Positions 60,451 through 64,000 of a DNA stretch of 64,000 bases are shown here, one piece after another; position 1 is the stretch's first letter, and the number at the start of each line of letters is the position of its first letter. Below the pieces are notes generated by a model, which searched no databases, was not told where the DNA came from, and saw only the letters and a list, made by a program, of their open reading frames with translations. The stretch lies in NCBI GenBank assembly GCA_964658305.1, contig OZ210884.1, forward strand, positions 6,820,001 to 6,884,000, written 5' to 3'. The stretch is from Leptogorgia sarmentosa (Eukaryota). The translations under genes were made by a program, and so were the position numbers.

Positions 60451-62820
60451 GTTTAACATTACAGCTACATTGTAGTCAATACAAAATGAGAAAATGAATG
60501 AATGGTTCCGAAGTAATTTAACGTCCATTTGAGCGACTTGCAATGCAGAGTCCGTAAGAACTTGCGTACAAGAAATGAAGAGTTTGAGAAATGAACAAAT
60601 AATTGAGTGAACAAAATTAAATATGAAATGAAAATATAAACAGTGGAAGCTGTATAATTTATACGTGCTCTATACAGTTTAATTTATTTTACGGATTTTT
60701 AGCTCAGTAGGGTATAGTCCAATTAAATATACTGTTAGAGAAATAAAATTGGACAATAATCAACAGTGATGCGAGTAATATGACTGAGAATAAATCAGGG
60801 ATTCGGGATATACTTCTTTATATTTTTCTAGCGACGATATTATATATAAAACCTAATATCGGTAGTCAGGATATAAACGAATCAATAATTATCGGTAGTC
60901 AGGATAACGAGTCGATTTCTCCATATAGTCGATTTCTCCGGATCCAAAATAATTTATTCCACAAACAACATCATACAGTATAAATATTGTTGTGTTTTGG
61001 CTATCGTCTTTTACAAAAAATTACGTGGAAAGTGGAAACTCCCAAATTTGTGCTACTACATGAAGTTGTGTTATTTCGGTTGCACAAAACCAATAACCGT
61101 GACTTATTTGAATACACCCCACGTCATGTTGGTCCAACATCACCCAACATATATATTGTTGAATGCAACATGTTGGCCTCGTTTGAATATGTTGGATAAT
61201 GTTGACATGTGTTTAAGCTTGCAAAATTGCTTCAAATTTTTATCCAACATCCTGCAACATTGTCGACCCTGGAATGTTGGACGATATCTGCATGTTTCGT
61301 TTGAACAGGCCTTGACAGTGCATGAGTTAAAAGCTGCAGATAGTAAGAAATTCTACTATAACTCATAAGCTAAATTAAGAGAAATGAAGTATCAGCACTA
61401 GTTTTCATACGGCAGAATGATGATAATATAATCAATCATATCGGGCATGTGGACAGGCTCGAAGCTCGATTAAGAATATTTGAACTCGGTCGGCCTTTAT
61501 ACTAAGTTACTGATACTAAAATGGTTTCGAATTGTTACATGAGGATTGTACATTGTACAATTGTACGTTAGGATTTAACTCCACTGCTGCTGTTTGTTGC
61601 CGATGTTGTACACGGATGTATGAATCCTCAATTATCGTATGCCGGCTCCACTGCAGTATACATACTGTTATACTGCATGTAGGAGAAAAAAGTGGTCGGA
61701 ATTGATTGTTTGAACGACCGAATACCGGTCCCGTAAGTAAGGGCAAACCATTTTCTCCAGTTAACTGTGATCAAATCCACATTAGGATTATCCTATTAGT
61801 TTTGTTGATGTTATTATTCGCTAATAATTATTAATCTGTCCTCGTTAAAACTAGATTTCTCCGAACAAGAAAAAATCGACTTGGTTGGTATGCAAAGACA
61901 AACACTGGCGATATCGCCAGCCAATTACTTTTTATTTGTTCGCGCAAAAACATCGCGAGCAAGAGGAAAACGGGTTTGAGAGTTTTGTTGAAGCTAGGCG
62001 AAGGTGGAGGTTTTCCTAGTCGCTTCAGGTTTTTCTTAGGTGAGGTTCTCATCGAGCTTTAGTTCGCTCGGGTTTGAGATGTTCGTTCTCTATATTAATA
62101 AGCATGCTTAATATACAGGATGTGGTGTCATGCTACCTATATTTGATCCCTCGCACTAAAAAATATTCAAATTGTTTCCTTAAACTATACAATAAATGCA
62201 ACGAAACATTCACTTAATATTTCTCTTCCCATGCAATTTAACTCTTGACTCTTGTGTTTCCGTCTTTGCAAATTCCCACGTATATAGGCGCGTGTATTAT
62301 ATAACACACCTTAAAAAGTTCAACGGTAATCCACAATTTAATTCATCACTATTTTTACAACATAAATGCCCCGGTTTGTGTCGGAACTCCTTTGATGACT
62401 TTCAATTAAAATTGAACAGTTCAAATAAGAAATTTTGGTGAGAAAATTAATTTATCAGTTTAAAATAATACAGTGGGAAACGGGCTTAAAACGCCATGAT
62501 CAGTGGCGTTTGAGTGAGGGAGGGGTGTAGCATATTTCCATTTTACTCCAGGAGTTTTAGTGTAACTGAGGGAGGCGGCGAAACCAAAAGTAGTCATACG
62601 TTTTCTGCTGGACTGAAAAAAACCTAAGCTCGCAAATGAAGGGGATGAGAATAGGAAATGAGAGTATAGGATGCTGTCTCAGCGGGTGTCCCTCAAGCCA
62701 CTATAAACCCGGGCCGTTAGTGATGATCAACGATCTTGAAATCACCGAAGTATACACTTGGAAGTGGAAATCACCTACGAAGTAAACCTTTCGTTGAGAA
62801 AAATAAGCACAAATTACATA

Positions 62821-62948
62821 GGCCCCTTTCAAACGTCGAACTTTCGTCGCGCCGAATGCAATTCAAGAAGATAATGAGAAGACTTACTCCATTACCCATC
62901 GTTTGAATTGCATTCGATGTGACCAGAAATCGAAGTATCAAACGGGCC
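62821..62948. mobile_element. PIF/Harbinger-like MITE
   Basis: Left GGCCCCTTTCAAACGTCGA..CGAATGCAATTCAA matches right TTGAATTGCATTCG..TCAAACGGGCC. Flanked by ATA and TTA. Confidence 0.55.
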
Positions 62949-64000
62949 TTAGTCAACAGCGTATAACTAAGGGTTATATCATGGCTGGGGTTGGAAAACA
63001 TTTACTGTATTATGATCGACGGCCAACAGCTGTAAGCTCACCAGCACCGTTTACGCAATGCTTTTCTCAAGATTCTACCTTTATCAATTTATAGTATATT
63101 TACTGTTTCGATTTAAACATTTGTGTACGATTTTAGATAAAGTGAACGCCCACTCTACATTTCTATAAATAATAATATCTCTTATATAATTATGGTTGAC
63201 TTTTTACAAAAGACGTCTTTGACAAATTATATCAGGAGTTTGGAGTTAAAGAGGTCTTACATTCAGAAGAAGCAATGCAGACGTGCCTTATTGTCTTTGA
63301 ATATTAAAATTTCTTTGATTAATTTGCATGGCTTCTTAAATATAATATTTGAAAGAACTTCTTTCACCCTATATAATATGCACAACTATAGCATTGAATT
63401 AGGAAAAACTGTCCCTGGAACTTTCGTGATTTTGAAAACGAAGGGTTTTTAATTTATTTTCTCTTCGTGAAAAATGAAGTCAACAATAAATTTTTGAAGA
63501 CTTTCCACGAGTAGAAATGGAAATGTGTCATCATGATGTGTTGCAAAATTGAAAAGCGTATAATCCCGATATAATTCCTGTCACAATTGAACACATGCTT
63601 GAAACAATAAGCTCTTCTAGTAATTACAGTCATTATGCGACAATACCTCCCGATCTCTTTGAGAAAGAAGAAATGTTAATTCATAAACCGTGCTTTCAAC
63701 AGGTAAAGTCAACCGACTTCATTATTTAATGATTCACTATAATGGCACGACGTGCAACTTTGAGAGCCTGTCAATCTCGTAAAGGCTATACGTTATTTTT
63801 TGTTCTAAAATGGCTGTTTTATATATCTTGTGGCTATATGCTTTATTTTACGGCTGTTGCACATCAACCAAACCCATTAGTGAGACTGAACGAGAATAAT
63901 CTCCCACAGTCAAAGATTCCCGTGCCAGAAATATTAAGAACGACTGGGAAGACTGTTGTGCAAGAAAGAGCAAAAACAAATGAGAAGACTCTCATGAATG

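Noticed and set aside
61516..62052. Two short minus-strand ORFs as a gene
   Set aside because: No recognisable motifs, and I could not build a consistent splice model.

Overview
AT-rich, intron-containing animal genomic DNA. The repeat families and the intronless orphan GPCRs suggest a cnidarian, possibly an octocoral (inference). I rebuilt spliced gene models by hand from splice sites and exon phase. In order along the window: two tandem-duplicated intronless class A GPCRs; a 3-exon secreted two-Ig-domain protein (minus strand); a solitary stem-loop histone H3 with a Q19T substitution; a 29-exon insulin/IGF receptor tyrosine kinase (about 1386 aa) with no furin site in its insert domain; a CREB3/OASIS-type bZIP factor with no transmembrane segment; an intronless LRR protein, probably GPI-anchored; a 13-exon receptor with 8 CUB domains, one TM helix, an NPVY tail and one GC-AG intron; a third GPCR; and a doubtful acidic ORF. 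Many short non-autonomous DNA elements (MITEs with TA, 3, 5, 8 and 9 bp target-site duplications), hairpin repeats and a tRNA-derived SINE lie between and within the genes. No CRISPR, rRNA or intact tRNA was seen. All homology statements come from recalled motifs, not database searches.
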